Assembly (NCBI GenBank): GCA_001563335.1
Contig: LRSL01000051.1
Coordinates: 1 to 25,348 of the forward strand
Reading direction: 5' to 3'
Length of the DNA stretch: 25,348 bases
Source: Candidatus Thorarchaeota archaeon SMTZ1-45
Lineage (GTDB): Archaea > Asgardarchaeota > Thorarchaeia > Thorarchaeales > Thorarchaeaceae
Shown: piece by piece, positions 8,973-17,099 of the stretch
Layout: every line of letters starts with the position of its first letter
Numbering within the stretch: the first letter of the stretch is position 1
Translations under genes and position numbers: made by a program
Notes under the pieces: generated by a model
The model's database searches: none
Told to the model about the DNA's origin: nothing
The model's input: the letters and a program-made list of their open reading frames with translations, nothing else

Positions 8973-9965
8973 TTGAATGAATACGCTGTGGAAATTAGCG
9001 ACCTTTCAAAGACCTTCATTAGCATTAGAAGGCGAGCAATTGTCATCCCTGTAGAGAGAACGAGGGTTGAGGCGCTCAAGTCCGTTACGTTGAATATTCC
9101 GAAAGGTCAGATCTACGGCCTTTTGGGACCCAATGGAGCTGGGAAGACAACTCTAATCAAATGCCTCGCAACTCTTGTCCTCCCCACATCTGGAACCGCA
9201 AGAGTGAATGGGTATGATGTGCTAAAGGAGTCTACGTACGCTAGGGCATCAATGGGAGTATGTCAGGGTAACGAGCGATCAATCTACTGGAAACTGAGTG
9301 CCAGGGAGAACATGATATTCTTCGCAAAGCTCTATCGAATGCCTCATGATGAAGCAAGAGAGAGAGCTGACGACCTTCTTGGAAGGATGGGACTTCTGGA
9401 AAAAGCAAATGAAAAGGTAGAGAATTTGTCCCATGGGATGCGGATGAAAATTGTATTCGCTAGAGCACTCCTGCATGATCCTCCGATTTTACTCTTAGAC
9501 GAACCAACTCAAGGATTAGACCCAACATTTGCAACAGACCTGAGGAGGTTCATCCGCGATGAACTACATGATAGGACAATATTACTCACAACGCACTATA
9601 TGCATGAAGCAGATCTACTCTGTGACAAAATCGCTTTGATAAACGAGGGCGAGCTCAAGAGTCTGGGAACTCCAAAGGAACTCAAAGAGGAAGTCAGGAA
9701 TTATGACAGTCTGCACATGAAGGTAGTTGGAAGTCCAGATATAGAAAGCATTAGAGCAATGGATATGGTCATGACTGCTACATCCACAGAGAGAAACGGT
9801 CACTCTGAACTCGTTGTAACAGCTGAAGACGGGTATGAACTTGCATATCGGTTATTAAATATCATGCATCAGACACCTGGGGTGAAAGTCGAACACTTCG
9901 AGGTAAAGGAACCTACATTAGACGATGTTTTCCTGAAACTTACTGGAAGGAGGATTGAGGATTGA
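8973..9965 (+). CDS. ABC-2 (DrrA/CcmA-like) exporter ATP-binding subunit
   Basis: Walker A GPNGAGKTT, signature LSHGM, Walker B LLLDEPT, TTHYM, C-terminal EPTLDDVF. GGAGGT SD before the TTG. Confidence 0.95.
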   Translation: MNEYAVEISDLSKTFISIRRRAIVIPVERTRVEALKSVTLNIPKGQIYGLLGPNGAGKTTLIKCLATLVLPTSGTARVNGYDVLKESTYARASMGVCQGNERSIYWKLSARENMIFFAKLYRMPHDEARERADDLLGRMGLLEKANEKVENLSHGMRMKIVFARALLHDPPILLLDEPTQGLDPTFATDLRRFIRDELHDRTILLTTHYMHEADLLCDKIALINEGELKSLGTPKELKEEVRNYDSLHMKVVGSPDIESIRAMDMVMTATSTERNGHSELVVTAEDGYELAYRLLNIMHQTPGVKVEHFEVKEPTLDDVFLKLTGRRIED

Positions 9966-10861
9966 CAATACCTAAAGTGGTTCATGAGGATTCTGGTGCT
10001 GTTGAGAGCATTTATCTAAGGAGTTTCAAACCAAGATTGATGGATTGGCAAGCCGCGCAGGTCTTTGCTATGAAGAACCTACGTATTGCTATTAGATATC
10101 CAGCTAACTTTCTGATATGGGGCATCTTGCCACTTCTATGGTATGCACCATACATACTCATGATGATAGCGATAGCAGGACCAGGAACTAGTCAGCACTT
10201 TACTGAACTCTCAGGATTCCAAGACTTCGTCACGTTCTCCATCATTGCAGTGTTTGTCTATCAATATGTGGATAAAAGCATCTGGTCAGTGGGTAATAAC
10301 TTCCGATGGGAGCAATTCTCTGGAACATTAGAGCCACTTTTTGTGACACCAGTTCCAAGAATCAGTATTCTTGTCGGAGCTGCGTTCTCTGACACTTTAC
10401 AGTGTACATTTTCAGCTTGCGTGTTACTAGTGATATCTTCAATGCTCTTTGGTGTAACATATGCCTTCACAATGGTGGCTCCAATTGTGGTAATGCTGAC
10501 AATGATGGTCTTTGCCCTCTATGGATTCAGTTTCTTGATAGCAGGATTGATTCTTGTTTTCAAAGATCCAAGTGTCTTGACTGAGCTGATATCGAATATC
10601 ACCTACGTACTATCTCCAATAACATACCCCATCCAGGCGTTGCCAAGTGCAGCAAGATACGCTGCGGTTTTGGTACCATCAACAGTTGCTATCATTACAA
10701 TTAGAGAGCTTGCTATCACTGGACTCTTTGAGCCAATATCGTTCTTTCAAGCTTCTATTTTGATGCTAGTGCTCATCATTGGTTTCTGGACAATTGGCAT
10801 ACTTGCATTCAGATGGGGTGAGAATTGGACGAAAGAACGAGGAAGCATGGGAGGATTTTAG
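9962..10861 (+). CDS. ABC-2 type exporter permease
   Basis: 'EQFSGTLEPLFVTP' motif, about 6 TM, 'YPIQALP'. TTGA overlap with the ATPase stop. Confidence 0.9.
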   Translation: MTIPKVVHEDSGAVESIYLRSFKPRLMDWQAAQVFAMKNLRIAIRYPANFLIWGILPLLWYAPYILMMIAIAGPGTSQHFTELSGFQDFVTFSIIAVFVYQYVDKSIWSVGNNFRWEQFSGTLEPLFVTPVPRISILVGAAFSDTLQCTFSACVLLVISSMLFGVTYAFTMVAPIVVMLTMMVFALYGFSFLIAGLILVFKDPSVLTELISNITYVLSPITYPIQALPSAARYAAVLVPSTVAIITIRELAITGLFEPISFFQASILMLVLIIGFWTIGILAFRWGENWTKERGSMGGF

Positions 10862-11737
10862 ATGACATATCAAGAAAGTGAAGCATATCAGAGGATGTGG
10901 ACTAGAAAGGGTCTGAGATCAGAAATCAGAGCTGCATGGGCAATTTCACTCAATATATGGAAGATTGAGTTAAGCTATCCCTTGAGTGTTCTCTGGTTCA
11001 TAGTTATGCCATTCCTTTGGTTCATCCCCATGCTTATAACTGGGTCAGCTGTGGCGGGAAGTTCTGAATCTATTGTTCTCAATGATCTAGCAGGAACCTT
11101 GGATTGGGTCACCTATATTGCTATTGGAACCTCTATCATCGGTTTGACAATTAGTCTGATGTGGGGAACAGGTTTTTCGCTTAGAAGAGAGCAAAATGCA
11201 GGAACCCTTGAAACACTAATGACAACTCCTATGGGAAGGAGTACTCTTGTCTGGGGCTCAATGTTGCACAATCTACAACATGGAGGTTTAGGGGTTATTC
11301 TACAACTTGCAGCAGCCATTCTGTTGTTTGGTGTTTCATTAAACGTATGGGGGATATTGCCCGCTCTTGGGATAATCGCACTTGCAATAATAGGTCTTCA
11401 AGGTGTTGCATTTGCAATAACATGTATTGTCCTCTTGGCCAAACAAGGTTGGATGATAGTGGAGTTCATCACAAGTGGTTTACTCCTTGTAGCGCCAATG
11501 GCATATCCTATCTCTGTTTTGCCACCAATCCTACAATATGTTTCGAACGCATCTCCTCTCACATGGAGTACAGAAGCTTTCAGAGGTTTTCTGATGAATG
11601 GACTTGCATATCAAGGAGTGGCGCAAGCTGTTGTAGCTCTAGTGATTCTGGACATCATCTTCTTTCTAGCTGGCGCCCTTATGTTTAGATATACAGAGCG
11701 ATATGTACGTAGAAAGGGAGCTCTTGAACAGTTCTAG
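10862..11737 (+). CDS. ABC-2 type exporter permease (second paralog)
   Basis: 'REQNAGTLETLMTTP', 'YPISVLP', 'SPLTW', about 6 TM. Confidence 0.9.
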   Translation: MTYQESEAYQRMWTRKGLRSEIRAAWAISLNIWKIELSYPLSVLWFIVMPFLWFIPMLITGSAVAGSSESIVLNDLAGTLDWVTYIAIGTSIIGLTISLMWGTGFSLRREQNAGTLETLMTTPMGRSTLVWGSMLHNLQHGGLGVILQLAAAILLFGVSLNVWGILPALGIIALAIIGLQGVAFAITCIVLLAKQGWMIVEFITSGLLLVAPMAYPISVLPPILQYVSNASPLTWSTEAFRGFLMNGLAYQGVAQAVVALVILDIIFFLAGALMFRYTERYVRRKGALEQF

Positions 11738-11798
11738 TTGAAAACTAGCCATCCAACCGGAACTGCTCCAATGGCAAAAAATCGTTAATCATGTGAAC

Positions 11799-12182
11799 CT
11801 AGAAGATATTACGCATCTCTACTTTCTTTCGCCAGAATAATCCCCATGCCAAGAGGATTAATGAAGCTACAACTGCACCTACACCTACGAATACAGCTAA
11901 GAAGACACTTGCATCTTGAAGAGTTGCAGGTGTAAAGACGTATGCAATTCCACCATAGACCAGCGCAATGAAGCCAATTACAACACCTACAGTTGACATA
12001 ATGATGAATCTTGTAGCGTACCACTCGATGCGGTCATAGACTTTTTGAGTTACTGCCTCCCAAGTCACTGTCTTAACTTTTCGAATTTTCGGAGGTTTCT
12101 CAAGCTTCACTTTCGGTTTTTCCTCTTCGATCTCAGTAGTGTCTGGCTTGGGAATGTTCATATCTTTCTCAACTCGTTTCAT
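11799..12182 (-). CDS. Hypothetical 2-TM membrane protein (WGLFW family, paralog B) with a charged N-terminal tail
   Basis: ATGA overlap with the upstream gene, two hydrophobic helices, gapless similarity to 12179..12490. Confidence 0.8.
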   Translation of the reverse strand: MKRVEKDMNIPKPDTTEIEEEKPKVKLEKPPKIRKVKTVTWEAVTQKVYDRIEWYATRFIIMSTVGVVIGFIALVYGGIAYVFTPATLQDASVFLAVFVGVGAVVASLILLAWGLFWRKKVEMRNIF

Positions 12183-12490
12183 GGCCTTGAACCTCCTGCA
12201 CTAGAATTAGAGATTTCAAATCTCTTTCGAAGACGCTTGCCTTCAGTTCGCATCCAAAAGAGCCCCCATACTCCAATGAACAGTCCAATTATAACGAATG
12301 CGATACCAAGAAAGAAACCACCGAATACTAAGAAGATACCATGAAGAAATCCATATACAATATAATCAAGAATGGCATATACAGTTGAAACTGCTCCTAT
12401 TGCAATTATAAGAACGCTAACAACAATGTATCTTGAAGCAATAGAGAGAATATCAGCACTTGTTTCCATTTGAATATCTCGCGATGACAA
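12179..12490 (-). CDS. Hypothetical 2-TM membrane protein (WGLFW family, paralog A)
   Basis: GGGTGAGG SD before the TTG, two hydrophobic helices, basic C-terminal tail. Confidence 0.8.
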   Translation of the reverse strand: MSSRDIQMETSADILSIASRYIVVSVLIIAIGAVSTVYAILDYIVYGFLHGIFLVFGGFFLGIAFVIIGLFIGVWGLFWMRTEGKRLRKRFEISNSSAGGSRP

Positions 12491-12555
12491 TTATTCCTCA
12501 CCCTAGGTCGTGTTTTTTTTTAAAATTGAATATAAGCTCAATTATGTGTACGGTT

Positions 12556-12588
12556 AGTATACAATTGTATGCACTAGAGTATACAATT
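12556..12588. promoter_or_regulatory. Direct repeat AGTATACAATT x2 (22-bp period) with overlapping palindrome ATACAATTGTAT, candidate operator
   Basis: Copies at 12556-12566 and 12578-12588, just upstream of the minus-strand TATA-like CTTATATT near 12529-12536. Confidence 0.5.
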
Positions 12589-12679
12589 TAAGTAATGTAG
12601 AAAAACTTTCCTCCTAGCAGTGTGAAAACGCGCTGCTTTACTGACTCAAATCATATCTTCTGCTTGATTCGCGCCAAAA

Positions 12680-13444
12680 TTAGATGCCTGGTATTTTAAC
12701 GCGTTTGTAAATCCCTTCTAATATCCAAGATATAGCTGTGATTAAAATTAGAAATATGATTGCAGTCAGACCGTACACGAAAAGCGCTTCATAAGTGCGT
12801 GATGCAATTAGCTTTGCTGCGCCAAATAATTCTGGAACACCAACAAAATATGCAACTGTGATATATTTTGGAAGGTAGACTGCTTCATTTGACCACGCAG
12901 GTATTGCACGTCTAAGGCTTTGAGGAAGGGCTATATGTCTGATTTCTTGACGTTTTGTCATTCCTACTGATTGAGCTGCAAGTGTCTGACCAGCTGATAA
13001 AGAAGATAGGGCACCACGGAAAAATTCTGCTTGATACGCTCCGCTGTTCAGTCCCAGTGTCAGAGCGCATATTATAATTGTGATATCCAAATAGGTACGT
13101 GTAATCCCATATATATCAGTTCCAACTATTTTCCAGGTTACATCGAGTGGCTGTAATCCTTGAGCTATTAACCAACTGTTTATTGCAAAAGGAAGGATGT
13201 TAAAAGCTAAAATCTGTGCTACTAAAGGTGTTCCCCGCAGGAATTCAATATATGCTGTAGCTAACCTTGAAACAACAGGTCCACCATAATGCCGAGCAAT
13301 CGCAAAAATGATTCCAAGTATAAAACCAAATGAGAGTGCGAAAGCATACAATCCCATCATCATAATAAACCCATGAACTAACTCAGGGTAGTATCTCTCT
13401 ACTTGCAGTATTCCTATGATATGGTCTGGCGATGTTGCAGTCAG
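12680..13444 (-). CDS. Polar amino-acid ABC transporter permease (HisM/GlnP-like), probable CTG start
   Basis: '[10 protein letters not shown]', '[14 protein letters not shown]', '[12 protein letters not shown]'. Family-like sequence (YYPELVHG) continues upstream of ATG 13363 to CTG 13444, which follows a GGAGG. Confidence 0.88.
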   Translation of the reverse strand: MTATSPDHIIGILQVERYYPELVHGFIMMMGLYAFALSFGFILGIIFAIARHYGGPVVSRLATAYIEFLRGTPLVAQILAFNILPFAINSWLIAQGLQPLDVTWKIVGTDIYGITRTYLDITIIICALTLGLNSGAYQAEFFRGALSSLSAGQTLAAQSVGMTKRQEIRHIALPQSLRRAIPAWSNEAVYLPKYITVAYFVGVPELFGAAKLIASRTYEALFVYGLTAIIFLILITAISWILEGIYKRVKIPGI

Positions 13445-14217
13445 CTGGAATCCTCCAATTCATTTTCAGCTTGTCCGTATAAGACCTCCAACTTATGGAG
13501 AAAGGCTCTAGCTCTCTCTGATTCCGGATTCTTGAAGAAATGTTGAGGAGTACCTCGTTCCACAACAACGCCTTTATCCATGAATATCATCTCATTTGAA
13601 ACAGCACGTGCAAATCCCATCTCATGTGTTACAACTACCATCGTTGTACCTTCTTTTGCAAGGTCAAGCATAACTTGCAATACTTCACCTATCAGTTCTG
13701 GATCAAGTGCAGATGTGGGCTCATCAAATAGAATCACATCGGGATTCATAGCAAGCGATCGTGCAATTCCCACACGTTGTTGCTGACCACCACTCATTTC
13801 TGCTGGATAATGATGACTCCAGTCATTCATTCGGACCTTCTCTAAAGCATTATGCGCAATATCAGCAGCTTCCTCTTTTGACAATCCAAGAACAAACCGA
13901 GGGCCAATGCTGACATTATCTATTGCTTTCAGATGTGTAAAGAGGTTAAAATTTTGGAATACAAAGCCAATTCGTGAACGTAGTTCACTGAGATTAACTT
14001 TCGGATTCATCAGGCTTTGGCCCCGAAGGAATACCTCACCTTTGTCAGGGGGTGTCAACATGTTGATGACTCTTAAGAGGGTGCTTTTACCAGAGCCACT
14101 TGGTCCAAAAACAACTTTCACTTCTCCTTCGCTTACATTAAAGGAAATGCCTTTCAGTACTTCAAGTGTATCATATGCTTTCCATACATCTCTTACGTCT
14201 AAAACGATAGTTATTAT
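13441..14217 (-). CDS. glnQ: Polar amino-acid ABC transporter ATP-binding protein (GlnQ-like), probable ATA start
   Basis: [49 protein letters not shown]. The conserved N-terminus [29 protein letters not shown] lies upstream of the first canonical start (GTG 14121). Confidence 0.92.
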   Translation of the reverse strand: MITIVLDVRDVWKAYDTLEVLKGISFNVSEGEVKVVFGPSGSGKSTLLRVINMLTPPDKGEVFLRGQSLMNPKVNLSELRSRIGFVFQNFNLFTHLKAIDNVSIGPRFVLGLSKEEAADIAHNALEKVRMNDWSHHYPAEMSGGQQQRVGIARSLAMNPDVILFDEPTSALDPELIGEVLQVMLDLAKEGTTMVVVTHEMGFARAVSNEMIFMDKGVVVERGTPQHFFKNPESERARAFLHKLEVLYGQAENELEDSS

Positions 14218-14906
14218 CTGCCACCTCCAAGTCCAAGTTGTCTTAGCTTCAAGGTCATACTCTCTCCAAGATACTTAGTAACGGGATAGGTGAATACAAA
14301 ATAGATAATCGCAACAACCAGTATGATAGCGAGAAAGAGGGCTGGATAGTCCCAAGTAAAAGCCTGAGCTTGGTATATCAAATCAGACACGCCAATGGCA
14401 CTTGCCAATGAAGTGTCTTTGATAACAACAGCATACTCATTTGCCCAGCCGGGTAGAGAGAGTCGAAATGCTTGAGGTAGGATGATGCTTCGTGTCGCTT
14501 GAGTAGTAGTCATTCCTATTGATCGGGCAGCCATGATCTGTCCAGGATCAACAGACAAGATCGCTCCACGAAATATCTCAGATTGGTATGCTGCACTTCT
14601 CAAGGCAAGAGACAACATTGAGGCAACAAATATTGCATTTGCCAAAGAACCAGTCCATGCAAACCAACCCAATAGAGCAGCACCAAATATGAAAATAAGA
14701 ACAAGTAATGGAATTCCTCTGAATATTTTCTCATATCCAATCGCAATGTACCTCACTATAAAGTGTCCAAATACACGCATTAGAGCGAGTACAGTTCCTA
14801 TCAGAAAACCGATTGCTAAGGAAAGAAAGGTGAGAGCAAGAGTCGTTGGAAGTCCTCTGATTATTATCAAGATGAGAATATCAAATAATCCAAACGGCCC
14901 TTGCAC
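14214..14906 (-). CDS. Polar amino-acid ABC transporter permease
   Basis: 'RGLPTTL', 'FRGIPLLV', '[24 protein letters not shown]', 'IKDTSLAS'. Confidence 0.93.
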   Translation of the reverse strand: MQGPFGLFDILILIIIRGLPTTLALTFLSLAIGFLIGTVLALMRVFGHFIVRYIAIGYEKIFRGIPLLVLIFIFGAALLGWFAWTGSLANAIFVASMLSLALRSAAYQSEIFRGAILSVDPGQIMAARSIGMTTTQATRSIILPQAFRLSLPGWANEYAVVIKDTSLASAIGVSDLIYQAQAFTWDYPALFLAIILVVAIIYFVFTYPVTKYLGESMTLKLRQLGLGGGR

Positions 14907-14912
14907 TCAGTT

Positions 14913-15725
14913 TCACCCAAACCACTCTGCAATTAGTGCGTCTACAGTTCCATCAGCAAAACCTTCAGCTATAGCGCTGTTTATTGCCGCGGAAAGTTTG
15001 TCACTGCCGTATCTGATGTAGAATGCGGTAGGTGGTGCAGTCACTGTGAATATTATCTTAATGCTATACACAGTACTATAAAGACCCACAATGGGTTCAT
15101 CAACATATACAGCATCAAGTACACCTGTATCCAATTGTTGGAACATCGTTTCAACAAGTGGAAAACGTACCACATTGATACCAGGGATAGCAGAGAGTTC
15201 TTCATCCTCAACAGTTCCTGTTTGAACACCGACATCATAACCAACGAGGTCAGTCAAATTATCGATTACGAGAAGCGAGCTGGTTTTAACAACAATCACC
15301 TCATTTGTTCTGATGTACCAACATAGTGGTTGAAGAACTTCACAGCGTTCTGCAGTAATGAACGTCGCAGAAGCAATCATATCAATCGATCCAGCTTGAC
15401 ATGCGCCTATTAGGGCATCAAAATCCATGTCAACCCATTCGACAGTCACACCAATATAATCTGCCACCAATTCTGCTAGGTCAATATCAAACCCATAGAG
15501 CTCATTGGTGGTTGTATTGAGCATTTCAAATGGCGGCCATCCTGAGTTGGTTCCTACTCTGATTGTACCTCTTAGCAATATTGTGTTATAATCATCAGGG
15601 GGCGGGGTTGGTTCGTGATATCTAGGCATGGTAAGTACAGGAATCATATAGCCAACACTGAATCCAATGACTAAACCAACAACAAGCAAGATGGACATCA
15701 TTGTTCTGCCAGAACCTTCTGACAT
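14913..15725 (-). CDS. Amino-acid ABC substrate-binding protein (family 3) with N-terminal membrane anchor
   Basis: 'GTIRVGT..WPPFE', 'GFDIDLA', 'FDALI', 'VGVQTGT'. ATG 15725 follows an AGGAGG SD. Confidence 0.93.
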   Translation of the reverse strand: MSEGSGRTMMSILLVVGLVIGFSVGYMIPVLTMPRYHEPTPPPDDYNTILLRGTIRVGTNSGWPPFEMLNTTTNELYGFDIDLAELVADYIGVTVEWVDMDFDALIGACQAGSIDMIASATFITAERCEVLQPLCWYIRTNEVIVVKTSSLLVIDNLTDLVGYDVGVQTGTVEDEELSAIPGINVVRFPLVETMFQQLDTGVLDAVYVDEPIVGLYSTVYSIKIIFTVTAPPTAFYIRYGSDKLSAAINSAIAEGFADGTVDALIAEWFG

Positions 15726-16140
15726 TTTTCTTTCAATTCCTCCTTTTTGCGAATCCTGTGATTCACGTAGCACACTAACCCAAACCGTCTGAAAAGGATT
15801 GTTATCTTTGGAGGATAGAAATTCATGATGGCTAACTCGTTTTAATATACAATTGATTTTTAGCTACATACAAATTTCCTCTTGATATCATGATATTTCG
15901 TGGTAGATGATATTGACTCACTGCTTTAAACGACAGAGACGTTTGAATTTTCAAATGTTCGTACCAAATAAAGTAAAGATAGCGAGTAATTGTGAACTAT
16001 GATTGAGCTTGATCGCACTCAAGAATGCTCAGTCAGTTATTACTTTGCATGTGATGAACATAGAGAGAGAGAGCTTGCTTGACGAGGAGTTTCGAAATTT
16101 ATTATTCATCAAAAGAGAGATTCCTAAATATTCATTATAG

Positions 16141-16962
16141 TTAATGGATATTTTGTATTGCTCTCAAACATCCATGGAGTACAGCATACCCATGAACAAC
16201 GAGCTCACGGAATTTTGCATAGTCAGTAAAATTGGATAGAAAGAGTTCCCATCCAACATCATAGTACTTTTGATACAAATCTGCTATTGGAGTGAGTTCT
16301 TTTTCTTTGAGCTCTTTGAGGATTCTTGTTCGATTCCAGTTCCAAACTTCAGCTGGACTAGAATGGTATTGTGTTAGTATCCTTATTGGTGCTGGTGAAA
16401 CTCTCCAATTCATTCTACGAAGTAGAGCCCAGAAATCAAAGCCAACTCGATCGAATGTCTGTCTTGGGAGGTCTTCCAAATAAGAAGCTAACTCTTGTAT
16501 CTGTGAGTAATCGCTATTCCGTATCTCTTCTGCAATGGGCATCTTTGCATCTTTTGGAGATCCTACCATAACATGAACTTCAGACACTCGTGGAAGAAAG
16601 AATGAAGGATCATTGAGATTGGGGTTGATATGAACCACCTGAGATCGAGGGATATGTAGATGATCATCTCGAGTCCTTCGAAAACGATCTTCATACTCTT
16701 TTGAAACATGAACTGCAGATTCAAAACCCATTTTGGTTTTAGGAAATAAAACCTCTGAATCAGTCATCATTACATGAATATCCAAGTCACTAATCACTGG
16801 AACATAGTCAATCGGAGATTCCCATTTCTTCACAGCAGATCCTTTTGCATATGCATATTCAAGTCGAGAGTCAAAGATTTCTTCAAGTAGGTTTCTCCAC
16901 ACCTCAATAGCGCATAGGACGTCATTCTTGACCTTGGTCATTAAAACCTCCCAATCAGGCAT
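16141..16962 (-). CDS. Hypothetical protein with a DNA polymerase-beta-like nucleotidyltransferase motif
   Basis: 'YAYAKGSAVK...DYVPVISDLDIHV' fits the hGS...DhDh pattern, followed by a helical C-terminal domain. Confidence 0.65.
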   Translation of the reverse strand: MPDWEVLMTKVKNDVLCAIEVWRNLLEEIFDSRLEYAYAKGSAVKKWESPIDYVPVISDLDIHVMMTDSEVLFPKTKMGFESAVHVSKEYEDRFRRTRDDHLHIPRSQVVHINPNLNDPSFFLPRVSEVHVMVGSPKDAKMPIAEEIRNSDYSQIQELASYLEDLPRQTFDRVGFDFWALLRRMNWRVSPAPIRILTQYHSSPAEVWNWNRTRILKELKEKELTPIADLYQKYYDVGWELFLSNFTDYAKFRELVVHGYAVLHGCLRAIQNIH

Positions 16963-17099
16963 GGTTTTAGACTGAATGTAGTCCTAGAAAACGGTTTCGT
17001 GCCAAACCACAAAGGCAATTAAGCAGTTGAGTTTGACAGCGAAGAACCACCAGCACCCAAAGAAGATGCCATTTGATGTATGGAGCAGATGGTCCATAG

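Noticed and set aside
12513-12521. 9-bp poly-T tract, and (AG)n near 16062-16073, as phase-variation sites
   Set aside because: They are too short for an AT-rich genome and there is no evidence of length variation.
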